A DNA stretch of 64,000 nucleotides from Gammaproteobacteria bacterium (GCA_965243205.1 CBDEUK010000002.1:1504001-1568000); one strand, 5' to 3'; counted from the stretch's first letter, positions 19,681 to 30,886 are shown. Notes: generated by a model from the letters alone, not told the origin. A program made the numbers and translations.

Positions 19681-21855
19681 TTAATTGAGAGTTAAACTTT
19701 CCTTTAAGATTTTTGGAGTAACAAATATCAATAACTCATTTTTCTCATTTTCAATTAATGTATTCTTAAATAAGAAACCAAAGTATGGCAGATCACCAAA
19801 AAATGGAACCTTGTTAACAGTATCTTCGTCCTGCTGCTGATATACCCCGCCGAGAACAACAGTCTCACCATTATCGACTAACACTTGCGTGCTCACATTC
19901 TGAGTATCAATAATAGGAATGTTTTGTGCTCCAAATGATCCTGAGCGCTGATCTTGAGTAACGACAAGATCAAGTATCACTCGATCGTCTGGAGTAATTT
20001 GTGGTGTAACACGTAAAGATAATACAGCCTTCTTAAATGTTACGTTAGTTGCTCCACTGGAAGTATTTTGTTCAAATGGAATTTCTTCACCAGACTCAAT
20101 TACCGCTTCACTTTGATTGGCAGTAATCACTTTCGGGTTTGCAATATTTTCTACAATTCCTTCAGCTTGAGCAGCAGATAATTCTAACTGGAGTAACCAA
20201 GTTCCAATCTTACCCACCAATAAGCCTAGACTTGATACTCCACCTACAGTAGCGGGCAAATCAACAATTAAATTTTCTGTCTCCTCTTCGCCATCCAATA
20301 CAAAGGTAGGCACTCCAGTCTCAATATTACCTGTTTGACCTCCGCCAATGGCGCCAAAACTATTTTCTGTTAAATTTGAACCTGGCCTATCGGTACGTTT
20401 ACTGAAACCAAATCTAACACCAAGATTTTTCGTAAAAGTTTCTGTCGCATTTACAATTCGCGATTCAATCATGACTTGCCTAACTGGAATATCAAGTGTT
20501 GAAATCATAAAACGAATATTTTCCAAGCTACTTGCCACATCCTGTACAATCAATGTATTCGTTCTTTCGTCAATAGAAACATTACCGCGTTCTGTAAGTA
20601 AACTATTGTCTTCAGCGTTAATTAAATTCGCTAAATCTTCTGCTTTTGCATAATTAATCTGAATATACTCTGTCTTGAGTGGTGCCAATTCTTCGATTTG
20701 CTTTTCGCTTTCGAGTTCAAGTTTTTCTCTAGCAGCAATTTCTTCTTGAGGCGCCACTAAAATTACATTTCCGCTTTCACGTTTACCTAAACCTCGTGAC
20801 TTAAGAATAATGTCCAGAGCTTGATCCCAAGGCACATTTTTAAGTCTAAGCGTAACATTGCCAGTCACTGAATCACTAGCAACCATATTAAAACCAGTAA
20901 AATCTGCGATTAATTGTAATACTGCTCGTACTTCTATACTTTGGAAATTAAGTGATAATTTTTCACCTGTATAGCCAAATTTCTCTTTCTCTATCGCCGC
21001 TTTCTCTTCTTTGGTCAGTGGTTTAACTTCTATCGTTAATAAGTTATCGGATTGATAAACTAAATGATCGAACTCATCAGTAACTGTAGAGATGACCATT
21101 CGAGCACCATTACCGTACGGTGCAGTATCAACTTCTTTAACTGGAGTAGCAAAATCAATAACATCTAAACGTCGATCTAAACGATCAGGCAAGTTTGTAT
21201 TTAAAAAATCGACAACAACTTTACCACCTTTCTCACCAATATCGATCCCGATAGAAGGATCAGCCAAATCAACAACAACTCGTCCTTCGCCATTTTCTCC
21301 TCGACGAAAATCGATATTATTGATACCACTGGCAGAAGAAGCGCTTGATACAACAGGGATTGTTCTTCCGGCAGAATTTGCCACTGCAGGAACATTTACG
21401 ACATCGTCAATAGAAGATTTTGAGCCTAAATCAACGATTACTTCATTGCCATTAGTTGAAATATCATATGGAACTTGTTCAACTAGATTTAATACGAGTC
21501 GGCTACGACCCGACGCTTCTACTGCAGAAACACTGTGAGCAACTCCAACACCGACATCTACAGATTTACTTTGAAGATTTAGAGTTGTATCAGGAAAATC
21601 CAAAGCTATACGCGCAGGGTTATCAATAATAAAACTGGCAGGTTTTGCAGATACTGGATTAGATAAGCGGATCTTAATTTGTACTTTATCTCCAGGCAGT
21701 GATGTGTAACTAATATCATCGACAGTAACTGCTTGCACAATTGATGCAAAAGAAAATAACGCCAAAAACGTTAATAGCATATTCCTTGTTTTCCTTATCG
21801 CTCCTTCCATATGAAGGAAAGGTAAAATTATTGATGCGAGTGATGTCATTTTCAT
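19681..21855 (-). CDS. pilQ: Type IV pilus secretin PilQ
   Basis: Two AMIN domains, YTGEKLSLNFQ, VPWDQALD and ELLIFVTPKI. The true start may lie slightly downstream. Confidence 0.95.
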   Translation of the reverse strand: MKMTSLASIILPFLHMEGAIRKTRNMLLTFLALFSFASIVQAVTVDDISYTSLPGDKVQIKIRLSNPVSAKPASFIIDNPARIALDFPDTTLNLQSKSVDVGVGVAHSVSAVEASGRSRLVLNLVEQVPYDISTNGNEVIVDLGSKSSIDDVVNVPAVANSAGRTIPVVSSASSASGINNIDFRRGENGEGRVVVDLADPSIGIDIGEKGGKVVVDFLNTNLPDRLDRRLDVIDFATPVKEVDTAPYGNGARMVISTVTDEFDHLVYQSDNLLTIEVKPLTKEEKAAIEKEKFGYTGEKLSLNFQSIEVRAVLQLIADFTGFNMVASDSVTGNVTLRLKNVPWDQALDIILKSRGLGKRESGNVILVAPQEEIAAREKLELESEKQIEELAPLKTEYIQINYAKAEDLANLINAEDNSLLTERGNVSIDERTNTLIVQDVASSLENIRFMISTLDIPVRQVMIESRIVNATETFTKNLGVRFGFSKRTDRPGSNLTENSFGAIGGGQTGNIETGVPTFVLDGEEETENLIVDLPATVGGVSSLGLLVGKIGTWLLQLELSAAQAEGIVENIANPKVITANQSEAVIESGEEIPFEQNTSSGATNVTFKKAVLSLRVTPQITPDDRVILDLVVTQDQRSGSFGAQNIPIIDTQNVSTQVLVDNGETVVLGGVYQQQDEDTVNKVPFFGDLPYFGFLFKNTLIENEKNELLIFVTPKILKESLTLN

Positions 21856-21867
21856 ACCCCTATTACG

Positions 21868-22419
21868 TTACTCTTCTGCCAATGCAAGTGTCGCTTCACG
21901 CTCTTCCCAACGACCTTGGCTATCTTGAATGATTTCTCTTAATTCAATTCTGTCTTCAAAAATATTTGTGATTTTACCTATGTTCAATCCAGCATAGTTT
22001 CCAATTTTTACTTTATGAACCGTACCATCTGGATCTAAAACAATTCCCCAATTTTCACTATCATCATCCATCGTTCCAACCATTCGTAAACTATCAAGTT
22101 CAAATGATTCCAATTCCTCACGATTACGATTATTAATTTCTCGCTCCATTTCTGGTGTTAAACCACTATCTTCAGATTGAGCAACTTCTTCTATGATTTT
22201 TTCATAAAAAGGTCGAAATGGATCTTTAGCTTGATTTAAGCCTGACTGATAAGCATAAGCTTCATAAGGTTTTACTTCTGGAAGTGGCTCAATACGACCG
22301 CCAGGACGAGACATAATTCTGTCAACTTCACGCTCTAAGTCGCTCATATCATTCGATACACAACCCACTAATGATAAAGCTATAAGTAATAAACTAAATT
22401 TAGAAATTCGAATCATCAT
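21868..22419 (-). CDS. pilP: Type IV pilus lipoprotein PilP
   Basis: Lipobox LVGC, KDPF, EELESFELDSLRMVGT; operon position. Confidence 0.93.
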   Translation of the reverse strand: MMIRISKFSLLLIALSLVGCVSNDMSDLEREVDRIMSRPGGRIEPLPEVKPYEAYAYQSGLNQAKDPFRPFYEKIIEEVAQSEDSGLTPEMEREINNRNREELESFELDSLRMVGTMDDDSENWGIVLDPDGTVHKVKIGNYAGLNIGKITNIFEDRIELREIIQDSQGRWEEREATLALAEE

Positions 22420-23027
22420 TGGACAACCTCACCTTCAGAATCATCTTCCTCATCTAGTGCACGATATGTCTTAGCAGTCGAAACCATGATTAAATCATTA
22501 GTTTCTTGCCCTTTGCTTATTTCTAAATCATGCATTGTTACAATTCGAGGAAGCGATGCAACACCACTGACAAAATCTCCAAATTCGTGGTATTCACCAA
22601 CAACTTGAATTTGTATCGGTAATTCTGCATAAAACTCGGATGGCTTCTCTGGTTGTGGTTTAAATAATTCAAATTCCAAACCTGCTCCTAAACCTGTTTG
22701 AGAAATATCTACAAGCAAACCTGCTACTTCTGTTTTATCCGGTAACTGCCTGAGCATGTCACCGAACGATTGTTCCATCTCTACCATTTGCTGACGTAAA
22801 GCTTCTAAATTAGCCGCCTTCTTTTGTTTCACGTCTAACTTAAGCAATTTATCTTCTTCATCTTTCTCAGCTTTAGCTAGCATTTCCCATTGATTCTTCC
22901 AATCAAAATGCCAAAAACCGGCCAGAATAAGTGCACATAATAAAATAATAGCGCCTATTTTTATTGGGAGAGGCCAGCCTCCTGCATTTTCCATATCAAG
23001 ATTATTCAGATCATCCATTAGACTCAT
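22416..23027 (-). CDS. pilO: Type IV pilus protein PilO
   Basis: GWPLPIK, LRQLPDKTEV, EFYAELPI and LPRIVT. Confidence 0.94.
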   Translation of the reverse strand: MSLMDDLNNLDMENAGGWPLPIKIGAIILLCALILAGFWHFDWKNQWEMLAKAEKDEEDKLLKLDVKQKKAANLEALRQQMVEMEQSFGDMLRQLPDKTEVAGLLVDISQTGLGAGLEFELFKPQPEKPSEFYAELPIQIQVVGEYHEFGDFVSGVASLPRIVTMHDLEISKGQETNDLIMVSTAKTYRALDEEDDSEGEVVQ

Positions 23028-23596
23028 AATTCTTCTCCCTCTTCTTCATCTTGACTAGGAATAATCTGGTCAAATCTCAGAGTAAATTGACTGATACGTG
23101 ACGTATCTTCAGCATCGGCTTGGATGATGTCGAGTTCAGGGTTTGTTAACCAATCAGAACCCTCTAAATTTCGCATAAAATTAGAAACCCTAGCATTTGA
23201 TTGAGCCTCACCATTAATGGTAATTTTTTTACCCGTTTGTTTAAGCTTATTTAGACTCACACCATCAGGAATACTAGCTACAATTTCATCGAACATACGA
23301 ACGATTAGAGGACGGTTGCCTTGTAACTCTTGAATTGCTTGCATTCTTGCTAATAAGCGCTCTTTCTTTTTCTCAAGTTCTTTTATTTCTTCTATCTTTT
23401 TATCAAGCACTGCTATTTTGCTATCTAAAAAAGTGTTTCTTGAGTTTTGATAATCAATCAATTGGTTATTATAAAGATGAATTAAAAAACCAATAATGGC
23501 AGCTAAAATAGCGAAAAACGCTAACATCATTAAGAATTCTTTTTGTCGTTCTTGACGTAACTCTTCGCGCCAAGGTAGTAAGTTAATATGTGCCAT
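23024..23596 (-). CDS. pilN: Type IV pilus protein PilN
   Basis: INLLPWRE motif and NARVSNFMRNL. Confidence 0.94.
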   Translation of the reverse strand: MAHINLLPWREELRQERQKEFLMMLAFFAILAAIIGFLIHLYNNQLIDYQNSRNTFLDSKIAVLDKKIEEIKELEKKKERLLARMQAIQELQGNRPLIVRMFDEIVASIPDGVSLNKLKQTGKKITINGEAQSNARVSNFMRNLEGSDWLTNPELDIIQADAEDTSRISQFTLRFDQIIPSQDEEEGEEL

Positions 23597-24657
23597 TAAT
23601 CAAAACTCCTTAACGCCAAACCACAAGCTACCATGAGCGCAGGAGCGTCATTCGTTAAACTCTGCGTGGGCACTCGAGATGCAATGGACATATTTGCAAA
23701 TGGATTTGAGGCAACAGTATGTATACCTATTTTTGATTCGATAAGTTCTGCCATCCCATGAATTGACGCGCAACCACCTGCTAAAATTAGATGGTCAATA
23801 TTTGTAATGGAGCTCGATGAATAGAAAAATTGTTGTGCTCGACTAATCTGTTGCACCATAGAATCTTTAAATGGCTCTAGTACTTCTGGCTCATAATTAT
23901 CAGGCAAACCGCCTTGTCTCTTAGCAAGTCCAGCCTCCTCAAAAGATAAACCATATCGTCTTTGAATATCTTCCGTTAATTGATGGCCGCCAAATTGCTG
24001 CTCACGTGAATAAATGACCTTTTCATTTTCTAAAACACTAAAAGTCGTAATTGTGGCTCCAACATCCGCAACCGCAATAACCTGGTCATTTGCTCCATCG
24101 AATAATTCATCGGCTTGGAGCTTTACGCTGTTTTCCAATGCAAAGGCTTCAACATCAATAATTTTAGGTGTTAAACCTGCAACATCTAATACGGCTACTC
24201 GATTATCTATATTCTCACTACGCGAAGCAGCCAATAGTACATCCACACGCTCAGGACTGGTCTCAGAAGGACCAAGTACTTCGAAATCCAAAGCGACCTC
24301 TTCTAGTGGGAAAGGTACATATTGGTCAGCTTCTAATTGAATCTGAGATTCCATATCATCTTCAGATAAATCTGCAGGCATGGTAATCATTTTTGTAATA
24401 ACCGATGATCCTGCTACAGCTGCTATAGCATTTTTATTTTTTGAACCCGATTTTTTCCAAGCACGACCAATGGCCTCGCCGACAGCATCAATATCGTTTA
24501 TATTCTTTTCAACGACAGAATTTGCAGGTAAAGGCTCAACAGCGTAACTTTCTACACGATATTTACTGCCGCTTTGACTTAATTCGAGCAACTTAATTGT
24601 AGTAGCAGTGATATCAACGCCAATTAAGGGCGGTGATTTCTTTTTAAAAAGTGACAC
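23596..24657 (-). CDS. pilM: Type IV pilus actin-like protein PilM
   Basis: IGVDI, DVGATIT, LAGGCA and CGLALRSFD. Confidence 0.95.
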   Translation of the reverse strand: MSLFKKKSPPLIGVDITATTIKLLELSQSGSKYRVESYAVEPLPANSVVEKNINDIDAVGEAIGRAWKKSGSKNKNAIAAVAGSSVITKMITMPADLSEDDMESQIQLEADQYVPFPLEEVALDFEVLGPSETSPERVDVLLAASRSENIDNRVAVLDVAGLTPKIIDVEAFALENSVKLQADELFDGANDQVIAVADVGATITTFSVLENEKVIYSREQQFGGHQLTEDIQRRYGLSFEEAGLAKRQGGLPDNYEPEVLEPFKDSMVQQISRAQQFFYSSSSITNIDHLILAGGCASIHGMAELIESKIGIHTVASNPFANMSIASRVPTQSLTNDAPALMVACGLALRSFD

Positions 24658-24847
24658 TATTTTTTCCTTTTACTGTCATAGTTTATGAATTATTCGTACA
24701 AATTACATTAAGTTCTAAACGCAACTATAGCCAACAGAAAATTAAAAAACAAATGATTTTTATCGCTTTTGTGAGAAAGACCTCTATTTTTACAATTTCG
24801 TTTCAATAACAGCACATCTAGTATAACTTGAGTATAATGACCCCAAT

Positions 24848-27250
24848 ATGTTGCGCATAACTTTTTACCTACTACTTCTTACGTTTATCTTCACTTTGGT
24901 TATTGGAGTCGGAACAGCTTGGTATTTCATACCTCGTCTGCCAGAAATCGATACTTTGAAGGATACTAAATTTCAAACACCTTTAAGAGTTTACTCTAAG
25001 AATAATTCTTTAATAGCTGAATTTGGTGAAAAAAGAAGGATACCAATCACTATCGATCAAGTACCAAAACGCATGATCCATGCCATCCTTTCTTCGGAAG
25101 ATGATCGATTTTATGAACACCCAGGTGTTGATTGGCAAGGTTTACTCAGAGCTGTCGTCAGCTTGGCTAAAACAGGCGAGAAAAAACAAGGTGGTAGTAC
25201 GATTACGATGCAAGTTGCACGTAATTTCTTTCTGACACGAGAAAAGACATATTTAAGAAAAATAAACGAAATCTTATTAGCACTTAAAATTGAACAAGAG
25301 CTTACAAAAGATGAAATTTTAGAACTGTATTTGAACAAAATTTATTTAGGGCAACGCGCTTATGGAATAGCAACCGCGGCTTATATTTATTATGGCAAAA
25401 CATTAGAAGAATTATCTCTGCCACAAATGGCTATGCTCGCCGGTTTGCCAAAAGCCCCATCTACTACGAATCCAATTACTAATCCTTCTGCAGCAAAAAA
25501 ACGTCGTCATTATGTATTGCAGAGAATGTTGAAAGTTGGACATATTACAGAAGCGGAATTTAATGATGCAGATGCTACTGAATTAACAGCAGAATTGCAT
25601 TCGACAAATGTTGAGTTAAACGCCCCATACATTGCTGAAATGGTTCGAGCTGAATTGTTTGAGCAATATGGCGACGCCATCTACACAGAAGGAATGAATG
25701 TATACACGACCATTGTGGATGCAAATCAAGAAGCCGCTAACCAATCCGTACGCAAATCTTTATTAGATTACGATATTCGTCATGGCTATCGAGGTGCAGA
25801 ATCTATTGCAGAAATAACCTCTGAAATGTCTGGAGAAGATTGGAAAGAATTATTATCACAATTCTCAGACATCGCTGGTTTGTATGCTGGCTTAGTCATC
25901 AGCACCGAAGAAAAAAGTATTAATGTCTATATCAATAAAATCGGTTTGGTCAAAGTTGATTGGCCAGGTTTAAAATGGGCTAGGAAATACATTTCAGAAA
26001 ACCTACGTGATAAAGAACCTAAAAAAGCCGATGATATCGTCACAGTCGGAAACATAATCCGCGTCATTCAAGATGAAGAAGGTAATTGGCGCTTATCTCA
26101 AATCCCCGAAGTTGAAGGCGCCCTAGTCTCTATGAATCCGAATAATGGCGCTACATTAGCTTTAACTGGTGGCTTTGATTTTTTTAAGAGTAAATTTAAT
26201 CGTGTTACTCAAGCGAAACGCCAAGCCGGCTCAGGTTTTAAACCATTTATTTATTCAGCCGCATTAGAATCCGGAGAAACGACCGCGAGTATTATCAATG
26301 ATGCGCCGGTTATTTTGGATGACGCCGGTTTAGAAGGTGAATGGCGTCCAGAAAATTACGGTCGAGATTACAAAGGTCCCATGCGAATGCGACAAGCTCT
26401 TATACAATCTCGAAACTTAGTATCCATTCGTCTTTTAAATCGCATGGGTATTCCTTTCGCTTTAGATCATGTTGCTAAATTTGGTTTTAATAAAGATGAA
26501 CTTCCTAGTAACCTTTCACTTTCACTCGGTAGCGGCGAAATCACTCCATGGCAACAAGCAAGTAGTTATAGTGTCTTCGCAAATGGCGGTTATAAAGTAG
26601 AACCATACTTTATAGAACGAATTGAAGATGCTGAAGACAATGTTTTATTTAAAGCTAACCCTATTCAAGTCTGTGCTGATTGTTTAGAAAATTCAGAACC
26701 AGCATCTATAGAAGGTAATTTAGATACTGAATCTGATAATCCAACTCCACTTTATGCACAGCGTGTTGTTGACGAACGCAATATTTGGTTAACAAATTCA
26801 ATGACTCAAGACGTTATTCGTTTTGGCACCGGTAGAAAGGCTATGAGTCTAGGACGCAATGATCTTTCTGGTAAAACTGGTACTACGAACGATCAACGCG
26901 ATGCTTGGTTCTGTGGTTTTAACAACGATGTAGTTACTGTCGTCTGGGTAGGTTTTGATAAATTCTTACCATTAGGAGCTCGTGAAACAGGTGCTAGAGC
27001 CGCCTTACCAATGTGGATTGATTATATGAAAGTCGCTCTTAAGGATAAAAATGAGAATGCCATGAGCCGCCCAGAAGGTTTAGTGAATGTTCGTATCAAT
27101 AAACTCACAGGTAAACCTACAAGCGCAGATAATCCAAATGCTTTTTTTGAAACGTTTCGTTTTGAACATGCTCCAAAAGCTAACAATGTTGATAATATTC
27201 GTTCGCCATACTCAGAAAACGGACGCAGTGATATACAAGATATTTTTTAA
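24848..27250 (+). CDS. mrcA: Penicillin-binding protein 1A
   Basis: EDDRFYEH, GGSTITMQ, SGFK (SxxK), SRN and KTGT; divergent from pilM. Confidence 0.95.
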   Translation: MLRITFYLLLLTFIFTLVIGVGTAWYFIPRLPEIDTLKDTKFQTPLRVYSKNNSLIAEFGEKRRIPITIDQVPKRMIHAILSSEDDRFYEHPGVDWQGLLRAVVSLAKTGEKKQGGSTITMQVARNFFLTREKTYLRKINEILLALKIEQELTKDEILELYLNKIYLGQRAYGIATAAYIYYGKTLEELSLPQMAMLAGLPKAPSTTNPITNPSAAKKRRHYVLQRMLKVGHITEAEFNDADATELTAELHSTNVELNAPYIAEMVRAELFEQYGDAIYTEGMNVYTTIVDANQEAANQSVRKSLLDYDIRHGYRGAESIAEITSEMSGEDWKELLSQFSDIAGLYAGLVISTEEKSINVYINKIGLVKVDWPGLKWARKYISENLRDKEPKKADDIVTVGNIIRVIQDEEGNWRLSQIPEVEGALVSMNPNNGATLALTGGFDFFKSKFNRVTQAKRQAGSGFKPFIYSAALESGETTASIINDAPVILDDAGLEGEWRPENYGRDYKGPMRMRQALIQSRNLVSIRLLNRMGIPFALDHVAKFGFNKDELPSNLSLSLGSGEITPWQQASSYSVFANGGYKVEPYFIERIEDAEDNVLFKANPIQVCADCLENSEPASIEGNLDTESDNPTPLYAQRVVDERNIWLTNSMTQDVIRFGTGRKAMSLGRNDLSGKTGTTNDQRDAWFCGFNNDVVTVVWVGFDKFLPLGARETGARAALPMWIDYMKVALKDKNENAMSRPEGLVNVRINKLTGKPTSADNPNAFFETFRFEHAPKANNVDNIRSPYSENGRSDIQDIF

Positions 27251-27285
27251 ATTAACTCACTTAACCAGTTAATTTTTTAGTTTAT

Positions 27286-27897
27286 ATGAACTCTAAAAAT
27301 AAACTCTCACACCCTATTCGCCGTGAGTTAGCAGAACATGCAGCTAAAATGATCGCTGTTGAAGGAATCACTGATTACTTCACGGCTAAAAAAAAAGCTG
27401 CGCAAAAAATGGGTATCGTACAAACAAAATTTTATCCGAGTAATAAAGAAATAGAACAAGCATTGGTTAATTATCAGCAGTTATTTCTTGCTAAAGAGCA
27501 TGTTGAGATTGTTGATGAATTACGATCTATTGCTTTAAACGCACTAAAGTTATTTAAATCATTTGATCCTTTTCTAGTTGGCCCCGTCCTTTCAGGAACA
27601 GCTCATTCAGAATCTGAAATTATCTTACATATCTTCAACGAATCACCACAATTAGTGAGCCTTATATTACTTGAAAATAATATCCCATTTGAAGAATGTG
27701 AACGACGTGCAAGATTCAAAGGATATGATTCAAATTTTTATCCCGCATTTCAATTTTATGCGGATGACCATAAAATCATCGTTATCGTTTTTCCAGAGCG
27801 ACAAAAATATAATCCACCATTAGATCCTATTGACGGCCATACTATCAAACGTGCTGACTATAAAGATTTATTAGAACTATTAGATTATCAATATTAA
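27286..27897 (+). CDS. Conserved hypothetical protein, degenerate nucleotidyltransferase-like fold
   Basis: AKKKAA, PSNKEIE and LVGPVLSGTA...EIILHIF resemble a family commonly found after mrcA. Confidence 0.6.
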   Translation: MNSKNKLSHPIRRELAEHAAKMIAVEGITDYFTAKKKAAQKMGIVQTKFYPSNKEIEQALVNYQQLFLAKEHVEIVDELRSIALNALKLFKSFDPFLVGPVLSGTAHSESEIILHIFNESPQLVSLILLENNIPFEECERRARFKGYDSNFYPAFQFYADDHKIIVIVFPERQKYNPPLDPIDGHTIKRADYKDLLELLDYQY

Positions 27898-27906
27898 TTC
27901 CGCTCC

Positions 27907-30111
27907 ATGTCTAAAACGATATTGCAGGTCGCAATCCCTTCTCCATTAAGAAAGACGTTTGACTATCTACCGTTAAATCAAAGCAATTTAAATGATCTAA
28001 AACCAGGTGTTCGATTAGAAGTATCATTTGGCAAACAAAAAAAAACCATCGGTTTTTTAATTGCTGTAACCCATGAAAGTTCGTTACCTCTAAATAAATT
28101 AAAAAAAATCATTTCAGTTATTGATCACGAACCCTTATTAACAAAAAAACAATTAAGTTTTATACATTGGGCAAGTCATTATTATCAACACCCAATTGGT
28201 GATGTTATTTTTTCTGCTTTACCTAATTTATTAAAACAAGGCAAAAAACTCAGTTATCCTGAAGAAACTTTTTACGAAGTTAATCAAAAAACATTAAAAG
28301 AAACAAAAATTAAATCAGAAACGAAACAAAAAAAATTATTAGATATATTCTTGTCACAAGAATCTTCAGTAACTTTTAATATAGTCAAAGAATGGGATGA
28401 ATATTCGCCTTATGTCTTAAAAGCGTTAATCGAAAAATCTGTCATACAAAAAAAATCAAAACAACTGAAACCCAAAAATAATTTTTTATCTCAAGATGTA
28501 TCTATAGAAAAACCTACTCCTGAACAACAAACGGCAATTGATAATGTTTTAAACAATATCAATTCATTTCATTCCTATTTACTCAATGGCATTACCGGTA
28601 GTGGTAAAACTCTGGTTTATTTACATTTATGTAATGCAGTGATAACCAAAAACAAACAAGCATTAATTTTGTTACCGGAAATTACATTGACGCCTCAGTT
28701 TATTCAACGATTTGAATCTGCACTCAATATAAGTATTTGTGTTTACCACTCTGGTTTAACAGATCAAGAACGATTAAATACTTGGATGCAATGTCGAGAT
28801 GGTACAGCGTCGATTGTAATTGGCACTCGGTCTGCAGTTTGGTTACCTTTGAAATCTCCCGGTTTAATCGTCATTGATGAAGAACATGATCTTTCTTACA
28901 AACAACAAGAAGGCTTTCGATATTCTGCACGTGATGTCGCTGTTTACCGAGCAAACCAAGAAAATATACCTATCATTCTCGGTTCCGCAACGCCATCGAT
29001 GGAATCTTTAAATAATGTAACAAAATCTTCGTATCAAGAATTACGATTGAATCAACGCATCGGCTCTGCTGTTTTGCCAACCTTTAATATTGTCGATCTT
29101 AAAAATTCTAAAATGCATGGTGCTTTGTCAGAAACATTAATTCAAAAAATTCGTTCAACAATACAAACAAACTTACAAGTTTTATTATTCATTAACCAAC
29201 GTGGCTTCGCTCCTGCCGTACTTTGCCATCACTGTGGATCTGTAAAATTGTGCCAACGCTGTGAACGACCGATGATTTATCATAAACAACGTCATTTGTT
29301 TTGGTGTCATCATTGCGATAAGCAACAACCTGACACAACTTCTTGCTCAGATTGCGGACACCTTAGTTGGGTTGAGATGGGTCACGGCACCGAACGCATA
29401 GAAAATGATATTGCTGAACTATTTCCAGACGCAAACATCGTTAGAATTGATCGAGACACCACTCGTAAAAAAGGATCGCTACAACAATATTTAAAACAAA
29501 TTCAAAATAGTGATGCGAACATTTTAATAGGCACTCAAATGCTTGCTAAAGGCCATGATTTTCCTAAGCTTTCATTGGTAGGTATTGTTGATATGGATAG
29601 CGGCCTTTATAGCACCGATTTTCGTGCCAGTGAACGCATGGCTCAATTAATGACTCAAGTCAGCGGTAGAGCTGGTAGAGCAAATTCTCCTGGAGAAGTC
29701 ATTCTACAAACTCATCATCCTGATCACCCATTATTAAACTGTTTAATCAATCAAGGCTATAACGCATTTTCTAAATTAGTTCTAAATGAACGTAAAGAAG
29801 CTAATTTCCCGCCGTTTTCATATCATGCGTTATTACGTGCAGAGGCGGTTGATCAACGAACATTATTAGATTTTTTAACCGCTGCCAAAAAGACTTGCCT
29901 AAACCTTAATCATTCCGTCTCATTATTTGGACCATTTCCTTCTGCCATGCCTAAAAAAGCTGGCAAACATCGAATGCATTTACTATTAGAATCCTCTTCC
30001 AGATCAGCATTAGCAAAAACACTTACACCTTGGTTAGACTCAATAGAAACATTAAAACTATCGAGAAAAGTTCGATGGAATCTGGATGTTGATCCACAAG
30101 ACATGATTTAA
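27907..30111 (+). CDS. priA: Primosomal protein N' (PriA)
   Basis: GITGSGKT, DEEHD, SAT, four CxxC pairs, GTQMLAKGHDF, QVSGRAGR and DVDP. Confidence 0.96.
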   Translation: MSKTILQVAIPSPLRKTFDYLPLNQSNLNDLKPGVRLEVSFGKQKKTIGFLIAVTHESSLPLNKLKKIISVIDHEPLLTKKQLSFIHWASHYYQHPIGDVIFSALPNLLKQGKKLSYPEETFYEVNQKTLKETKIKSETKQKKLLDIFLSQESSVTFNIVKEWDEYSPYVLKALIEKSVIQKKSKQLKPKNNFLSQDVSIEKPTPEQQTAIDNVLNNINSFHSYLLNGITGSGKTLVYLHLCNAVITKNKQALILLPEITLTPQFIQRFESALNISICVYHSGLTDQERLNTWMQCRDGTASIVIGTRSAVWLPLKSPGLIVIDEEHDLSYKQQEGFRYSARDVAVYRANQENIPIILGSATPSMESLNNVTKSSYQELRLNQRIGSAVLPTFNIVDLKNSKMHGALSETLIQKIRSTIQTNLQVLLFINQRGFAPAVLCHHCGSVKLCQRCERPMIYHKQRHLFWCHHCDKQQPDTTSCSDCGHLSWVEMGHGTERIENDIAELFPDANIVRIDRDTTRKKGSLQQYLKQIQNSDANILIGTQMLAKGHDFPKLSLVGIVDMDSGLYSTDFRASERMAQLMTQVSGRAGRANSPGEVILQTHHPDHPLLNCLINQGYNAFSKLVLNERKEANFPPFSYHALLRAEAVDQRTLLDFLTAAKKTCLNLNHSVSLFGPFPSAMPKKAGKHRMHLLLESSSRSALAKTLTPWLDSIETLKLSRKVRWNLDVDPQDMI

Positions 30112-30175
30112 ATAGAACTCTCTATTAGAATAAACATCCTAGATCGTACAATTTACTTTAACGGATTCGACTTCT

Positions 30176-30823
30176 ATGAAATTTCTATCTACATTGCTCG
30201 CTTTATTATCCTTAATAAACTTTACCTCTTGCTATGCAGAAGATGAAAGGAATGTAGGGATCAGTCGTGACATATTCTCTATAGAAGTCACTCATCAGGG
30301 CAAGCCAATCACTATTCAACGTAATCAAGATTCATCCAACACCGTTATTTCAGATTATGCAAAGACTTCACGAAATTGCCCTCCATTTTGTATTCAACCG
30401 ATCAAACTTGCGGAAGGTATCGAAACCATAGGAGAACTTGAATTATTGGAATATTTGAAGGCAATACACGAAGGCAATAAAAACTTTCTAGTAATTGATT
30501 CACGCACACCAAGTTGGGTTAAAAAAGGCACTATCCCTGGTTCTGTGAATATTCCTTGGCCTCTACTAACTCCTGCTGAAGGTGCTGACCCTTTTGAAAT
30601 TGCTGATATTTTAGAGTCTAAATTTAATGCACGAGCAACTGAAGGCTTGTGGAATTTTTCTGATGCAAAAACATTAATCTTATTTTGTAACGGCATGTGG
30701 TGCGGACAATCTCCATCAAACATAAAAAGCCTGCTCAGTTTTGGTTATCCTGCTCACAAATTAAAATGGTATCGAGGCGGCATGCAGAACTGGCATAACC
30801 TAGGCTTAACCACAGTTAAATAA
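30176..30823 (+). CDS. Exported rhodanese-domain protein
   Basis: Signal peptide, CPPFC, IDSR, GTIPGSVNIP, FCNGMWCGQS and WYRGGMQNW. Confidence 0.85.
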   Translation: MKFLSTLLALLSLINFTSCYAEDERNVGISRDIFSIEVTHQGKPITIQRNQDSSNTVISDYAKTSRNCPPFCIQPIKLAEGIETIGELELLEYLKAIHEGNKNFLVIDSRTPSWVKKGTIPGSVNIPWPLLTPAEGADPFEIADILESKFNARATEGLWNFSDAKTLILFCNGMWCGQSPSNIKSLLSFGYPAHKLKWYRGGMQNWHNLGLTTVK

Positions 30824-30886
30824 AGTACAGTTTGATCCATAGGCTACTCGCGATAGAATGAGCGCCTTTTTTCGAGGGTAGCTTCA

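Noticed and set aside
20348-25338. Short opposite-strand or out-of-frame ORFs within pilQ, pilM and mrcA
   Set aside because: They overlap well-supported genes.
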